NCBI GenBank assembly: GCA_012295275.1
Contig: CM022672.1
Coordinates: 16,182,001-16,246,000, forward strand
Reading direction: 5' to 3'
Source of the DNA: Chrysomallon squamiferum
Taxonomy: Eukaryota > Animalia > Mollusca
Length of the DNA stretch: 64,000 bases
Positions within the stretch are counted from its first letter, which is position 1. Every line of letters begins with the position of its first letter. A program made the translations under genes and the position numbers. Below the pieces are notes generated by a model. The model saw nothing but the letters and a program-made list of their open reading frames with translations, searched no databases and was not told the origin of the DNA. Shown piece after piece: positions 15,417 to 28,603 of this stretch.

Positions 15417-16073
15417 AGATACGCCGCCACTATTTGGCGCAACGAACAACACAACATCCGGCTAGCATCCCGCGTCTCACTCGTTTGCTTCACGTGGTTA
15501 CCTCGCCGCAGAAGCATCTCTGTTGTGTTGTGTTCGCGTTTTATGCTGTATTTTGCCAAATTTCTTCTTTCTGACCATGGACCCTAAGAAAGTGAGTGTA
15601 AAGGACAGTGCTGAGAAGAAGAAGTGGATTATGTCCATTGAATTAAAGCTTGAATTCTTAGAAAAACATGAGCGAGGTGTGCATGTAGTCGACTTGGCTA
15701 GGCAGAATGAGCATAGTAGGTTCTACGACATATACCATACTGAAGCTGATGGAGTCGATAAAGGCTGTATAACTCCAGCCAAAGACGTTAAAATAATTTG
15801 TCTGATCTCCAAGATAAATACACATTACAAAACCAATTTATTTCTTTACATTCTCTTTTATTTTGTTTTTATACAATATTTGTCATTTATAAATACATTT
15901 TTCTTATTTAAAAACACGTTACAAAAAGAAAAAAATAAGAAAAAAATGGGGTGGTTTTGGGGGGCTGGAACGGATTAATGGTATTTCAATTAATTTCAGT
16001 TGGGAAAATTGATCAAATTGAGATACGAGTTCGGTAAAGGAACGAATTAAACTCTTAAGTCAAGGTACCACTG
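15417..16073 (+). mobile_element. Decayed, internally deleted Tigger/pogo (Tc1/mariner superfamily) DNA transposon with a frameshifted CENP-B-type HTH transposase N-terminus
   Basis: From ATG 15577 it reads MDPKKVSVKDSAEKKKWIMSIELKLEFLEKHERGVHVVDLARQ, then after a frameshift STTYTILKLMESIKA..TPAKDVKII, as in TIGD1-like CENP-B_N HTH domains. No DDE domain. The right end ...ctcttaagtcaaggtaccaCTG followed by TA is a typical Tigger TIR plus TA target. The left boundary is uncertain. Confidence 0.8.
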
Positions 16074-16500
16074 TATTTGTATGCATATATATATATATAT
16101 ATCTGAATACATTTGGTTATTGTTTATATCTCGGTATATGAATACTGAAAAGTGTGCACACACAAAATATTTTTTTCACTGCCCCAGAAAACCAATTGGT
16201 ACTAACAGGATTGGGGGCCTGATTTATTTTGCTGTCTTACATAATTTTTGTTGATGTACATCCACGCACAGACTCGGACGCACACACACACATACATATA
16301 CATATTTGTACACAGATGTATCTTAGACAACCTTTGCAGTTGTACATCCATGCACGCATAGGCATAATAACAATAATAATGTATCTAACAGTAAATACAC
16401 ACATACAAATTCACGAGTATAATATAACAATAATAATAACAATAGTAAAATGAGGCAAAGAGATAATGAAGAGAAGTAGACAACAACATTATGCTCTCAC

Positions 16501-16532
<32 letters not shown>

Positions 16533-17628
16533 TAAAGATGGCAAAGAGACAATGAACAAAAGTAGACAACAACATCAAAGGATGATACTGGTCGAAGCCA
16601 GCGTGGACAGACCAAAACAGTGGAGAGAAACCCGGTCACTAAACAGTTACACACAGCTCGCTACGAGTCTGTGTGAAATTTAAATTAACTTAAAGATTTT
16701 GCATTTTGTAATCACTGAATAAGACACTTTCTGCGTTTTTTTGACTTTGTCATAAACAACAACAGGAGGCAGATTTCCAAACAAGCTAAGCATCATGAGA
16801 CAGAAGAAAACGCCTCGAGGTTGATGGTAAGACTTTAATGTTCATGCAGGGTTTAGAAGATTAGCGTTGCGAGGATAAGCAGTAGGAAGACGTCTGCGGT
16901 TTTAAAGCGGCGCGGGAAACAGATACACGTGGATAATCCTCATCTACACAACTGTGGTAATATAAATCAGCCTGGTTTAGTGTTATTAGACATGTGAAAA
17001 GTATGCAGGATTTTTCTTTATAAATACGGGTTTTCATACGTTAGCAAATAATGAAACGTTTGGCTGGTTTCATTCCAACGACTTTACCATCATTTCGTTT
17101 CTACTGTTTTTTCGGGATACACGCTATAAAAATTCCATTGTTGTAATTGTTAGAGTTAGTATTTCAGAACTAAAATCCGTTAGGATTCTTTTATTTCTAT
17201 CATCTTTTGATATGGGCAGTACGTACCAAAACACATTAGCTCAAAACATTCTTATGTTAATTTTGATTGTTATACAATGCTTTTCTATTTAAAAAAAAAA
17301 AAAAAAAAAAAAAAATGTAAGTGAAGAAGCCTTATACTATATACACCTTTTTGTTGTTGTTATTATTATTATTATTATTGTTATTATTGTTATTTTTATT
17401 ATTTAAATTTATTTTAGTTTTTATTACCATACCTTGATTATATCTTGAGCAAGCTATCGAAAGAACGTTAACAATATATCTGTTGTAAAACACTGAAAAA
17501 CTTCCGTAGCCACGATGAAGAATTTGACATAGCCACAATAAAGGACTAGAAAAGAATGATATTTTTAAAGGATTTGATAAAACCACAAAAGAATTTAACA
17601 GAACCTTAACAATATTTTATCCGGTTTT

Positions 17629-17702
<74 letters not shown>

Positions 17703-18459
17703 ATATTAAAAATAGTAAAAGGAAGTACATATAATTATTTGCAAAATTACTTTTGACAACGTGAACGCATATGATTTTTAAAATATTGTGTATCTTTGCG
17801 TAAAGAATATAAATAAATAAATAAATATAAAATTTGTTTTTAATAAAACTAGGATATATTTATTCGTTTCAGTATATTTCGCCTTTTTGCATGAAGCATT
17901 CTCAACTTCATTAACTCAGTTTTGATGCCGAGGCAAGCGATGACTCAGTCTTGTGTGCATTTTTTGGATATTAGTTTTGTTATTAGAATAAAATATTTTA
18001 AATGATTCAGTACTTGGTGAAGGAAATTTATTTATTTATTTATTTATTTTTTTTTAATGACATAATCCATACAGATTTATTTTATTAACTGAATTAGTTT
18101 TCATATATATTTAACAACCCATAATGTGGACAAAAACAACGACAACAACAACAACAACAAAAAGCATGCTTACACGTAAAATTGAATGATTCTAAGTTTG
18201 CATACATTCGCATATATTTATCCACGTATATATGCACATATAACTAAATGTGAAACAAGTATACAGAGATAGAAAATGATGCACACAGATAATGTTCATA
18301 TACTTAATAATAATAATAGTAATATTAATAATAGCATTTGTAGTGGTGGTGGTAATAGTAAATAAATTTAAATACAATGATAAACATAAATAAATAAATT
18401 AAAATTAAAATATTAAAAAACACATCGTTCATATGTCACACGGCACTAACACACAAACA

Positions 18460-18790
18460 AAATTATCTTTAGTAATAATTTAAATCTTAACTTTTTTTTT
18501 TTTTTTTTTGTTGTTGTCATTATTTAGTGGAGGTAACGTACCTTATAACTTCTGAAAATATTTTTGAAATTTATTTTTTGTTCTAACCATGATATTTAAA
18601 AAGAATTTTATTAAAACAAATTAAATTATCTTTAGTAATAATTTAAATCTTAACTACGATTTTTATTTTTTTTAATTTTTTTTTTATTTGTTGTCATTAT
18701 TTAGTGGAGGTAACGTACCTTATAACTTCTGAAACTATTTTTGAAATTAATTTTTTTGTTCTAACCATGATATTTAATAAGAATTTTACT
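18460..18790. repeat. Local tandem duplication, two copies of about 160 bp
   Basis: aattatctttagtaataatttaaatcttaac...gttgtcattatttagtggaggtaacgtaccttataacttctgaaa...ttctaaccatgatattt occurs twice (from about 18460 and 18623). Confidence 0.9.
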
Positions 18791-19239
18791 GAAACTGTAA
18801 CTCATTAAAATGACATAGTAATAGGTTCAGTTCGTTTGTTTCGCTTATTTTGTTTTGCCAATTTAACTCCGCCCTCTTGACGACAGGGAAATTATTATCT
18901 GAAAGTTTTGCTGTTGTTCGAATCCCAAACCATAATTAACACTTTTAAACATGTCATAAATGAAAACAAGATACCCACAGGTCCAGTTTTAACAAAATGA
19001 AACGTAGAAGATCCAAGAGGTGAATTAGTTTAACGATTTCTGTTTTGTTTTTTATATAAATATTTTCAAGTTATTTCCTTTGAGAACACGATATTTAAAT
19101 TTAAATTTTGTTTTTATTTCCTTTTCGGTTTTAATCCTGTTTCTATTATCATTATTATTATTATAATGATTTTTGTTGTTGTTGTTGTTGTTATTGCTGC
19201 TGCCGTTGTTGATGTTCAGTTCAGCATTTTGCACCAAAT

Positions 19240-19830
19240 CACCCGTTGGGGCCTCGTTGAATGACGTCATTAATTTTCCCCTCTCGGATCATTGAAGTTT
19301 ATTAAAATCTGTAAACGCTTTTGAATTCGAAACGAAGAACGTATGGCAACAATAATGTTATCAGTGTAATTTGCGAGAGATCTTAAACATGCCCAGCTAA
19401 TTGCATAGTGCGACCCGGCTAAGTGGAAATAAACCGATTTGTCGCAATTTATTCTGACGACTCGAACAACGTTGACGAGAAGGAAATGAATGGGGGAGAT
19501 TCGACATAAAATGGAAAGACGTCAAACACAGCCAGACGGCGGTAATTATTCAGACGTAACGTGGTCAAAGAGACAAGTTTAGTGCCGCGATGACAGGTTA
19601 ACAAATCGGTTATGTCCGTCAGAGAAGTTCATTGACGTGTGATACATTCGTGCGGTCTACTTCGACAGATTGCCGATAACGAACGAAAGTTGGCAGAAAA
19701 CAGTTGGCTTTCCTGAACCCCCGTTACGAACTTTTTAACGCGTTTTCGTATCATTTCATTTATGCCACGGTAGTATGAACATAAAGCCTAATTACATTTT
19801 GTCACTTCCTTATGTGCTATTATAACAGGT
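19240..19830 (+). promoter_or_regulatory. CpG-rich putative promoter and first (non-coding) exon region of the fem-1 homolog
   Basis: High CpG density, a CRE palindrome TGACGTCA at 19262-19269 and candidate donors (CAG|GTTAAC near 19597, CAG|GTAATG near 19829). An acceptor TTTCAG at 21121-21126 lies 16 nt before the fem-1 ATG. Confidence 0.45.
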
Positions 19831-21142
19831 AATGGAAAAGGAATTTTGTAACAAAGGTTTCGTTAAAATCTCTGAGGCTGAAACCCCGTGAGAAATTAGT
19901 TGTAAACTTAAAATGAAGTTTGTTATCGGGGTGGGGGAGGAGCAGATATTGAAAAAGTATTTACTTATCTGTTACCTATTCTAATTCGTGTCTTTCGTTA
20001 CAGTTGTTAACTGAAGAATATCTTGTAACAAGTTATCAATTCATTAATGAAAGATTGTGTCATATTATGTATTCATATTATATTAATACATGGGTGTATT
20101 CAAGATTTTGTATGGTGTCTGGAGAGAGGAAGACATGTAAATTCGATTTTTACAAACAGTTCTGATTTGTGAATCTGACGGAAAACAAATCTAGCACTGT
20201 CAGTGTCAGTGCAATGAGATATTAAACTCCAGTTGATGAGGTTCTAGTAGCAACTACAATCATTTATATAATATATAAATATATTATTGCTAAAAAAATA
20301 AATAAATAAATAAATAAATAAATAAATATTGGTTATGAAAAATTAAAATAAACCACTGGAAAAAATACTAAAAAGTTAAAATACAAATTAAAACACGCAA
20401 AAGATTTTTTAAATATATTCTTATTATTAAAATTTCTGTTTGCGGACGTGGCGGGTCATACTCAGCTTGAGTAGTACATTTATGCAGATTGTAAAACGAC
20501 TGACTTCCCTTAACAATGCTCTTTTGCAAGTAAAGATGGTTTTTGATAACAGTTACGGAAGGGAATGAAATATGGAATTCAGAAGTATAAATGCCAACCA
20601 ATTAATAGACTTTATTCTGTAACGGCATGTTCGATTCATTATTTGTTTCCGTATTTATCAACTGATTCAAAGTAAGTTTCTGTTTTATTTTAGGTTACGT
20701 TCTAGATCATTCTTATTATTCGCCTTTTCGCCCATTTAAAGAAAGGTTATTTGAAGATGAAAATATTTTATTATTCAATTTATTGTATTATATTTGTTTT
20801 ATTTGATTATCATAAACGTTTTCTGTAATATTTACTCTTTAATCAACAGATTTTAAAATTACGATAATACATATTTACTCTGCAAACTATTTATAATTCA
20901 AAGAATCAGCATTATACTTATACTTTATAGTCTGAAAATTGTCATATGTTTATACCTGCATTTAAAAATATGTCTAGCCTCTATAGTATGCACAATACAA
21001 AATTAAGCGGTGCATAAATGAGTGATGCACTGAAGAGTTGTTAATTATTGAAATGGTTGGTCACATAATATAACATTTAATTTATAAACATTAAGATTTT
21101 ATGTTATTATGATTTGTATCTTTCAGAATAGAGTCAACCTGC

Positions 21143-23062
21143 ATGGCAGCCAAATTAAAACGAGATGAAGATGTTGATGTGCCATGGTACGCATCAATTG
21201 TCCACAGCTGCATCCAAGAGGGCAACCTCCATAAGTTACGAGCCACACTAAAGAAATTCACTGCCGTTCAGAGAATAAAAATTGTTTCACACAAAATTGG
21301 TGGAAATGCCCCACTCCTGACCTCATGCATTCAAGGCAAACTTCACATCGTCAACTACCTTCTGGATGACTGTGGTGCTGATGTAGAACAATGTGGTATT
21401 TACGAAGTAGAGGAGGATCACTCTCGTCACACTGTCACTCCTCTCTGGGTTGCTTCAGTAGCCAACAAACTTGATGTAGTCAAAACACTGATTCAACACA
21501 AAGCCAATGTCAACAGCCCATCAGACACTGGCTCCACCCCAGTCAGATCTGCCTGCTACATGACCAATATTGCTATTGTCAAGTACCTCGTTGATCATGG
21601 AGCAGACATTCACAAACCAAATATCAATGGCGGCACTTGCTTAATTAATTCAGTGCAGAGTGCAGACCTATGTGAATTTCTTATTCGGAAACAAGCTGAT
21701 GTCAATGCACATGATAATTCAGGTAATTTGGCTTTACATTATGCAATCCGAGAAGGTCGATTAGAAACTGTGAAGTTACTCATAAGACAAAAGTCAGACT
21801 ATAAAGCCAAAAATGATTTCGGTGATGACGCTTTGCAGACTGCTGCTTTGAGAGGCTACCCAGAAATTATGGAATACATTTTAGAAAACACAGAACAGCC
21901 ACTGGTGTCTGTGTTGCATGCTTATGAACTACTTGGAACAAACTTTGTAGATGAAAAACATGATATAGCTGGTGGTGTAGCACTCTGGAAGAAAGCCATG
22001 ACCTTAAGAAATATTGAATCGAGAAACCCTGTCCCCAAGGTGCTACCAGAAATGACAATCCCAGCATACAATAATGCTAGAGAGCCAGTGACTCTTGAAG
22101 AACTTGATGAGAAAGTATCTGAACCTGATAATGTGTATATGCAGTCACTCTTGATCAGGGAGAGAATCCTTGGCCCTGCACACAAAGATACAATGTTTGG
22201 TCTCATGTACAGGGGTGCTGTGTATGCAGACACTCATCGATATCAGCGATGTGTTGATTTGTGGAAATACGCTTTTCAGATCCGACACCAGAAACATGAT
22301 TGCTTCAACCATGAATGCCTGTTCACTGTGCAGGCATTGGTCAAACTCTTCTGGGAAATGCAACTGGAACTTGAAGCTGGAGCAATGGAGGAATGTGTCC
22401 GATTTGAAGATGCCCTTGAAGTTTTTAACCTCCTCATCCACCAGATCCGAGGTGCCCAAGAGATCATGTCAGTCAGACCTGTGCACTGCCACCATTATGA
22501 TGACTTTCAGCTTCTTCTGCATCTCTCCCTTCACCTCATTCATCTGCTGGCTCTCCTAAATGTTCCGGCAAGAGAAAAAATTCCTTTTAAAAGACTCGTC
22601 CATGAGCTGGTGCTGCTTGATCCTCGAGGACAGGATGATGAAAGCCTGATTCATCTTGCTGTTGATCCCAAAGTTTCTCTGACCAGTGAGGAATTCTACT
22701 CTGCATTTCCAGCAATGGCTGTGATAAGAGTCCTGCTGGAGTGTGGCATAGATGTGAACTCTGTGGACCAGAGACGAAACACAGCTCTCTTCAACAGTGT
22801 GAAGTTTCTCACTTTCTCCGAGCTTCGCGATGAAGGCATTCTTGAATGTCTGCTGAACAATGGAGCACATGTGGACATGTGCAATAGTGAGGGTGTTAGT
22901 GCTCTCAATCTTCTACAGAAACACGGGTATCCTATTTGTCCACTGGAGTATGTGACACTAAAATGTTTGGCAGCTAGAGTTATAAATATACATAATATTA
23001 GTTATAAAAATGAAGTTCCTATGACATTAATTCCTTTCATACTGAAGCATGGGAAACTGTAA
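21143..23062 (+). CDS. fem-1: Protein fem-1 homolog (ankyrin-repeat CRL2 E3 ligase substrate receptor, FEM1A/C-like), 639 aa, single coding exon
   Basis: Uninterrupted ORF with N-terminal ankyrin repeats (TPLWVAS, TPVRSAC, LALHYAI), the FEM1 signature ERILGPAHKDT..YRGAVYAD...YQRCVDLW, C-terminal ankyrin repeats and a VHL/BC-box-like TLKCLAARVI...VPMTLIPFILKH. Confidence 0.95.
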   Translation: MAAKLKRDEDVDVPWYASIVHSCIQEGNLHKLRATLKKFTAVQRIKIVSHKIGGNAPLLTSCIQGKLHIVNYLLDDCGADVEQCGIYEVEEDHSRHTVTPLWVASVANKLDVVKTLIQHKANVNSPSDTGSTPVRSACYMTNIAIVKYLVDHGADIHKPNINGGTCLINSVQSADLCEFLIRKQADVNAHDNSGNLALHYAIREGRLETVKLLIRQKSDYKAKNDFGDDALQTAALRGYPEIMEYILENTEQPLVSVLHAYELLGTNFVDEKHDIAGGVALWKKAMTLRNIESRNPVPKVLPEMTIPAYNNAREPVTLEELDEKVSEPDNVYMQSLLIRERILGPAHKDTMFGLMYRGAVYADTHRYQRCVDLWKYAFQIRHQKHDCFNHECLFTVQALVKLFWEMQLELEAGAMEECVRFEDALEVFNLLIHQIRGAQEIMSVRPVHCHHYDDFQLLLHLSLHLIHLLALLNVPAREKIPFKRLVHELVLLDPRGQDDESLIHLAVDPKVSLTSEEFYSAFPAMAVIRVLLECGIDVNSVDQRRNTALFNSVKFLTFSELRDEGILECLLNNGAHVDMCNSEGVSALNLLQKHGYPICPLEYVTLKCLAARVINIHNISYKNEVPMTLIPFILKHGKL

Positions 23063-24602
23063 AATGTTATTTCTTTTGTTCTCACTTCAGTGTGTCAATT
23101 ATAATTTAAAGCAGATCATCACAAGTTAGAGTGGAACATTTTTGAGTCTATATTAAAGTATTATATACACATATATATACACATTTTTGTATGTGTTGTG
23201 AGTTGAATAAAATTATATAAATGAAACAAATAATGCATTTTTAAATTGTGATATTTTGGGATAAATCTTATACTGAATGTCCATTTTACAAGTAAAACTG
23301 TTTGTGTTAACGAAATTGCTGTGAATATGCTGTGTACCTTACTTCTAAATAAGGATACATATTCATACATATGTGAGAACTCCTCAAATTATTCTTATTT
23401 TTGGTTCATACTTTTTCTCTTTCAATTCATATTTTCATGCTGTCTCTAGATGTGATTTTTTTCCCTCCCTCACTATCTTCTAATTTAACAGAAAATAGTT
23501 CTTTATTTTGTTCCTTCATTCCATCTGCTCTTTTTATGAAGCAGTTAATATTACATATCCTTCATGTTTTCACATATACATGTCACTGTTTGTAAGTCAG
23601 CAAGTGGAGAGCATGCTTTTAGAATATTTGTTATAAAGTTTTAAATACTCAGAAAATTTAGATAACATTGAAAAAATTGTATACACAATGTGGTGAAAAA
23701 CAGAAGAGTATTAACATACGGAAAAGATAAATATAGCACTGAAATGTGTAACTAAGGTGTACCTATATTCTAAATTTTATCTGTAGGATCCTAATTCAGT
23801 TACTGAATATATGCATGTGTGTGTATGTGTGTGTACATGTGTATATGTACACACAGCTTAACTTGTAATAAAACTACATTAAATACCAGTAAAATTTGAT
23901 GCAAAAATAGTAACACTTGATTCAATATACAGTATTCTACTAGTCTTTCCATTAAAACATTTAATAATGAAAACCTATTGCGTTTTTTGTTAATATTTAT
24001 TTATTTAATTATTTATTTTACATTTCTGTTTATAAATGATGACATGATAAATTAAAAAGAAGGAAGAAAGTATATGTAAAACAATAACTGGGAATGTTCC
24101 AAAATATTTATACCACTGATGATAGCCCTGTGTGTTCTTTGTAAAGCAGATGTTATCCTTATTATCGTTAGGTCTTATTCATATACACTTTGGTATAAAT
24201 AACCATATATTTTATAGGCACTTTCTCACACACGAAGGAGCACATACCATCTATGATCTGTAGCCAGTTGGTAAGAGTAGTCTGTATAACGGCTGCATAG
24301 TTTTTTTCTCTTTCGTCGTCATTTAAAAACGCACATGCTTGATTCGGATAATATTATTTAATAATATAATGCCGAGAGGTGTTAGTTCAACAAAAATTAT
24401 CTTTCGACATTATGAAGTTATTATTTTATTTGATAACACATTTTCGCAAAATAATGTTACACAACATTTACATGTCGCCAGTTTGCTAGAAGAAGCCAGA
24501 GCAAACTGATTCGCCATGACGTCACGACTACAGAAAACTTGCGCTCATTTTTTTAAAGTTCTACTCTTCTGATGTTGCACTATGTTATAAATTAAACCAG
24601 AG

Positions 24603-24638
<36 letters not shown>

Positions 24639-24663
24639 ATAATAATAAAAAAAAAAAAAAAAA

Positions 24664-24892
24664 TACATTCTCTTTTATTTTGTTTTTATACAGTATTTAT
24701 CATTTATAAATATATATATATTTTTAATTTAAGAAAAACGTTAAAAAAAAAATGGGGTGGTTTTGGGCTGCTGGAACGGATTAATGGTATTTCAGTTAAT
24801 TTCAGTAGGGTAAATTGATTTGATATACGATCAAATTTGAGTTACGAGCTTGGTCACGGAACGAATTAAACTTGTAAGTCAAGGTACCGCTG
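24664..24892 (+). mobile_element. Second copy of the Tigger 3' end (non-autonomous fragment)
   Basis: Aligns by eye to 15846-16073 (tacattctcttttattttgtttttata...atggggtggttttggg..ctggaacggattaatggtatttca...ggaacgaattaaact..taagtcaaggtacc.ctg+TA). Confidence 0.85.
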
Positions 24893-24937
24893 TATATTTT
24901 CATCAAAGGATTAAGGTGTAATACTACTCATATATTT

Positions 24938-24969
<32 letters not shown>

Positions 24970-25150
24970 AATTGTGTATAATTTTATCTTTGTTGAAATA
25001 CTTTCTTTATTGCAAATTGTAAAAAAAAATATTTAATGTTTTTATGTATTATTGTTACGAATTCAGAGTAAAGAGCAATAATAACATTTTTATATTATCT
25101 TGTAAGCAACTTAATTTCTTTTTATCAACGAATGGTTGCTTCAAGCAAAA

Positions 25151-25204
<54 letters not shown>

Positions 25205-25320
25205 TTTAAATACTTATATTTTTAATTATTTATTTTTGTTTTTAATTGGATATATTTTGTATTTAGGCTTTTTGTTGATATCACCAAAATCACTGTAAAA
25301 TATGTTGGTATTACACATCT

Positions 25321-25395
<75 letters not shown>

Positions 25396-25823
25396 TCACT
25401 CCTGTCAGCTACATACAGAATGCTTAAAATCGTATTGTACACGTATACAAACTCATAAACTAATATCATTTCTTACAGTCGAGTGGCTTTCTATTTATAT
25501 TATCTTTCTTTTCAAGCTTCATCCTGTTACAAAGTGATTTAAACATGCATGCATGCATAATTTCCAAATCAAAACAAAATCTCCTGGAGCCATCAACAGC
25601 GTATTAAATCCACAGTATTTGTTTTATTGGCATATTCAAATTTTCGGTTTATTGCCAATTTATACTTAGCAACAGTGAACCATATATAACAAGGGAAGAA
25701 AATAAATTATAGCCTGGCAAAATAGAACAATCTAAACTTGGTATTGTAGGACTTGTCAAACCTTTCATGACGTCATGGTTTATAATTATGCCGTAGGTAC
25801 TGATTATAAAGATGCAGGGCAAC

Positions 25824-25854
<31 letters not shown>

Positions 25855-26234
25855 ATAGATTACGACATTTTAAGGCGGCTTTTAACTAAAATTAAATTTT
25901 TAGATTTATTTTATTTTATTTTAATTTTTTTTTTCAGCAGTTTGTATATGCGAATCTAAAATCTGTTATTTCATATAATTATCTTCATTATTTTGCCTCT
26001 GCTTGTAATGTAAATTTATTAAATCAGATGCACATGTGCAATATATCTACATATTGCATCTGTAAAAACTAATTTTATGTCTTGTATCGAGAAATTCTAC
26101 ATTTTCTTATTAAAATGAGTTCTCAGAATTTATTTTAGTTTGTTGTTGGTTTATAAAATAACAAACTTGCGACGTATGAACATACACAAACACATTACTA
26201 CATAAAAATATATGTGTGTGAAAAGAGAGAGAGC

Positions 26235-26310
<76 letters not shown>

Positions 26311-26703
26311 CTTATCACAACTATTATGAGACAGAAACAAAGGACATTTTTGTTATTATTTGATTGTCAGTTCCTATTACTACTCTTACGTAACAATTCT
26401 AACAATTGTTTCACACACCTGAAACAGATACATATAATTGCTGATAAACGGATTCTAATGCGAGTTACGTGACACCCTACCTACGTTGCATGTTTATTGA
26501 CGAAAATAGACGTCTGCTTTATTCTTATTTTACATCACACATTGTGAGTGACAGTAAAAGTTTTATTACGTCAGAAGTCAAGCTTTCGTAAAAATACATT
26601 CCATTTTAAAATATCCATTTGAAAAACAAAATTACAGAATTTGTTATATTCTCATATTCTTCATATATATTATAGTTTCTTATTCAGATAGAGACAAAAA
26701 AAA

Positions 26704-26772
<69 letters not shown>

Positions 26773-26797
26773 TTAAATGAGCAGTCACTACTACTCC

Positions 26798-26831
<34 letters not shown>

Positions 26832-27161
26832 TGTATGGTTTTATGTTAAATAATTAATTCAAATTATCATCTTTCTGTTTCACTACTGATCAGAAACATA
26901 TAATTTATGATCGGAATTCGAACCTGACTCTTCGGTTAAAATAATTATCTCCGAGTATCAGTTGTTTTCACAATATGGGCGTATTACCAGGCTGAGTTAT
27001 TTTATTTAAATGCTAGTCACAGCAGCAGTCCACGGCAGATACACTCACTTTACATAAACCCGTGAAAAGTGTAAGGAGAGAGACGTACATTACAGTGCGT
27101 GAGATAGTTACATCATCCAGTATAGGTGAGAACTTTGACTTTTTCGCTCTCTTAATTTAAG

Positions 27162-27227
<66 letters not shown>

Positions 27228-27399
27228 AAACTAATAAACAACTTGAACGTTATTATCATACCTTTAGATATATAATATACATTAATATATAACTGTATGT
27301 TACAAATTGTATGTATTTATTTTCTGCTGTCGTAATCGTCTAAAAAAAAGAGAGAAAGAAACGAACCATTTAATAACATTTAAATGCCAGTCTTGTTGT

Positions 27400-27430
<31 letters not shown>

Positions 27431-27559
27431 TAAGTAAATAAGTAAAGAAAGAAAGAAAGAAAGAAAAAAGAAAAAAGAAGAAAAGAAAAGAAAGAAAGAA
27501 AGAAAGAAAGAAAAGTAATTCACAGGTCTATTGGGAGCATTTATAATTGTGTTCAGTAT

Positions 27560-27910
27560 ACCGTACACCGTTCAAATCATTTCGGCCCCGTTTTGATGAC
27601 TTTTGACCCACAACCCGGAAGTCGCACAGGAAAATTAACTAAAAGGTAGTTGCTAAAGTTTAGAATCTTTACTAACTTTTTAGTTACTTAATTTAAATTG
27701 TAGGAAGCATAATTAATTTATTTTTTATTTTTTTATTGGCATGATATGTCAAGATTTTCTGTAATAACTAATGTTCTTGAGCTTAAAGATTAATCAGTGC
27801 AGAAGGGAGATAAATAGGTGGACACGTTTTGGGGCAAACACAAAGTTATCAAAGAAAGGCTAATGTTTTTTTAATTAATGATTCATGCGGTAGTTATATC
27901 AGGTATGTAA
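27560..27910 (+). promoter_or_regulatory. Putative MFSD10 promoter and non-coding first exon
   Basis: ETS motif CCGGAAGT at 27615-27622 in a CpG-containing patch; candidate donors AAG|GTAGTT (27646) and CAG|GTATGT (27903); acceptor TTTCAG ending at 28588, 15 nt before the ATG. Confidence 0.45.
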
Positions 27911-28295
27911 TGTGGTTGTTTTATTTTTAGATTTATTTTTTAAATGCTGAAGAAATAAGATAATGTTATATTCAGTAGTTTTAATAGTGCTCACACATCT
28001 AGTTAATTGTTTTTAAAGTTTTAGTTTTACTCAAACTTTTTGATAAAAAGTTACAAAGTTCTAAATTAAAATTTATACATACAGCAGACAAAGATTGGAG
28101 CATAAATATCTGGTAAATAAAATCATGAAATTAAAAACTAAAAAAAAGTGGGAAAAGAAGAAAAACTATGAAATAATTACCAACGAGATAGCAAATAACA
28201 TGCGATACACTCGTAATGAATGACAATACCTACCCACTGTTTACTCATATTTTTTTTAGAAAAACCTGATTTTTGTTTTTCGTATCCACGTTATA

Positions 28296-28335
<40 letters not shown>

Positions 28336-28391
28336 TTGAACCTTTTTAAACACATTTATTTTTATAATTTGTATTTAATTTTTACTTTAAT

Positions 28392-28422
<31 letters not shown>

Positions 28423-28603
28423 GTGTAATATGAAAATCCACATAATATCTTTCTTATAATTCCTTGATCTGTATTTGTATCTGCTTTTCTGCATTTCTTT
28501 AATCCTTCCAAAACAATAACATCCTCTATCTGCTCTGATACCAACATTTTACTTTGATTATTATTATTTTTTTAAAATGTTATTTCAGATTAATACTTGA
28601 GAA

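Noticed and set aside
16590-16832. Possible upstream exon with donor G|GTAAGA at 16827; similar candidate near 13440-13592
   Set aside because: ORFs close quickly and there is no way to link either to a gene without transcript data.
21867-22908. Several antisense and alternate-frame ORFs overlapping fem-1
   Set aside because: Shadows of a long GC-richer CDS with no independent motifs or splice signals.
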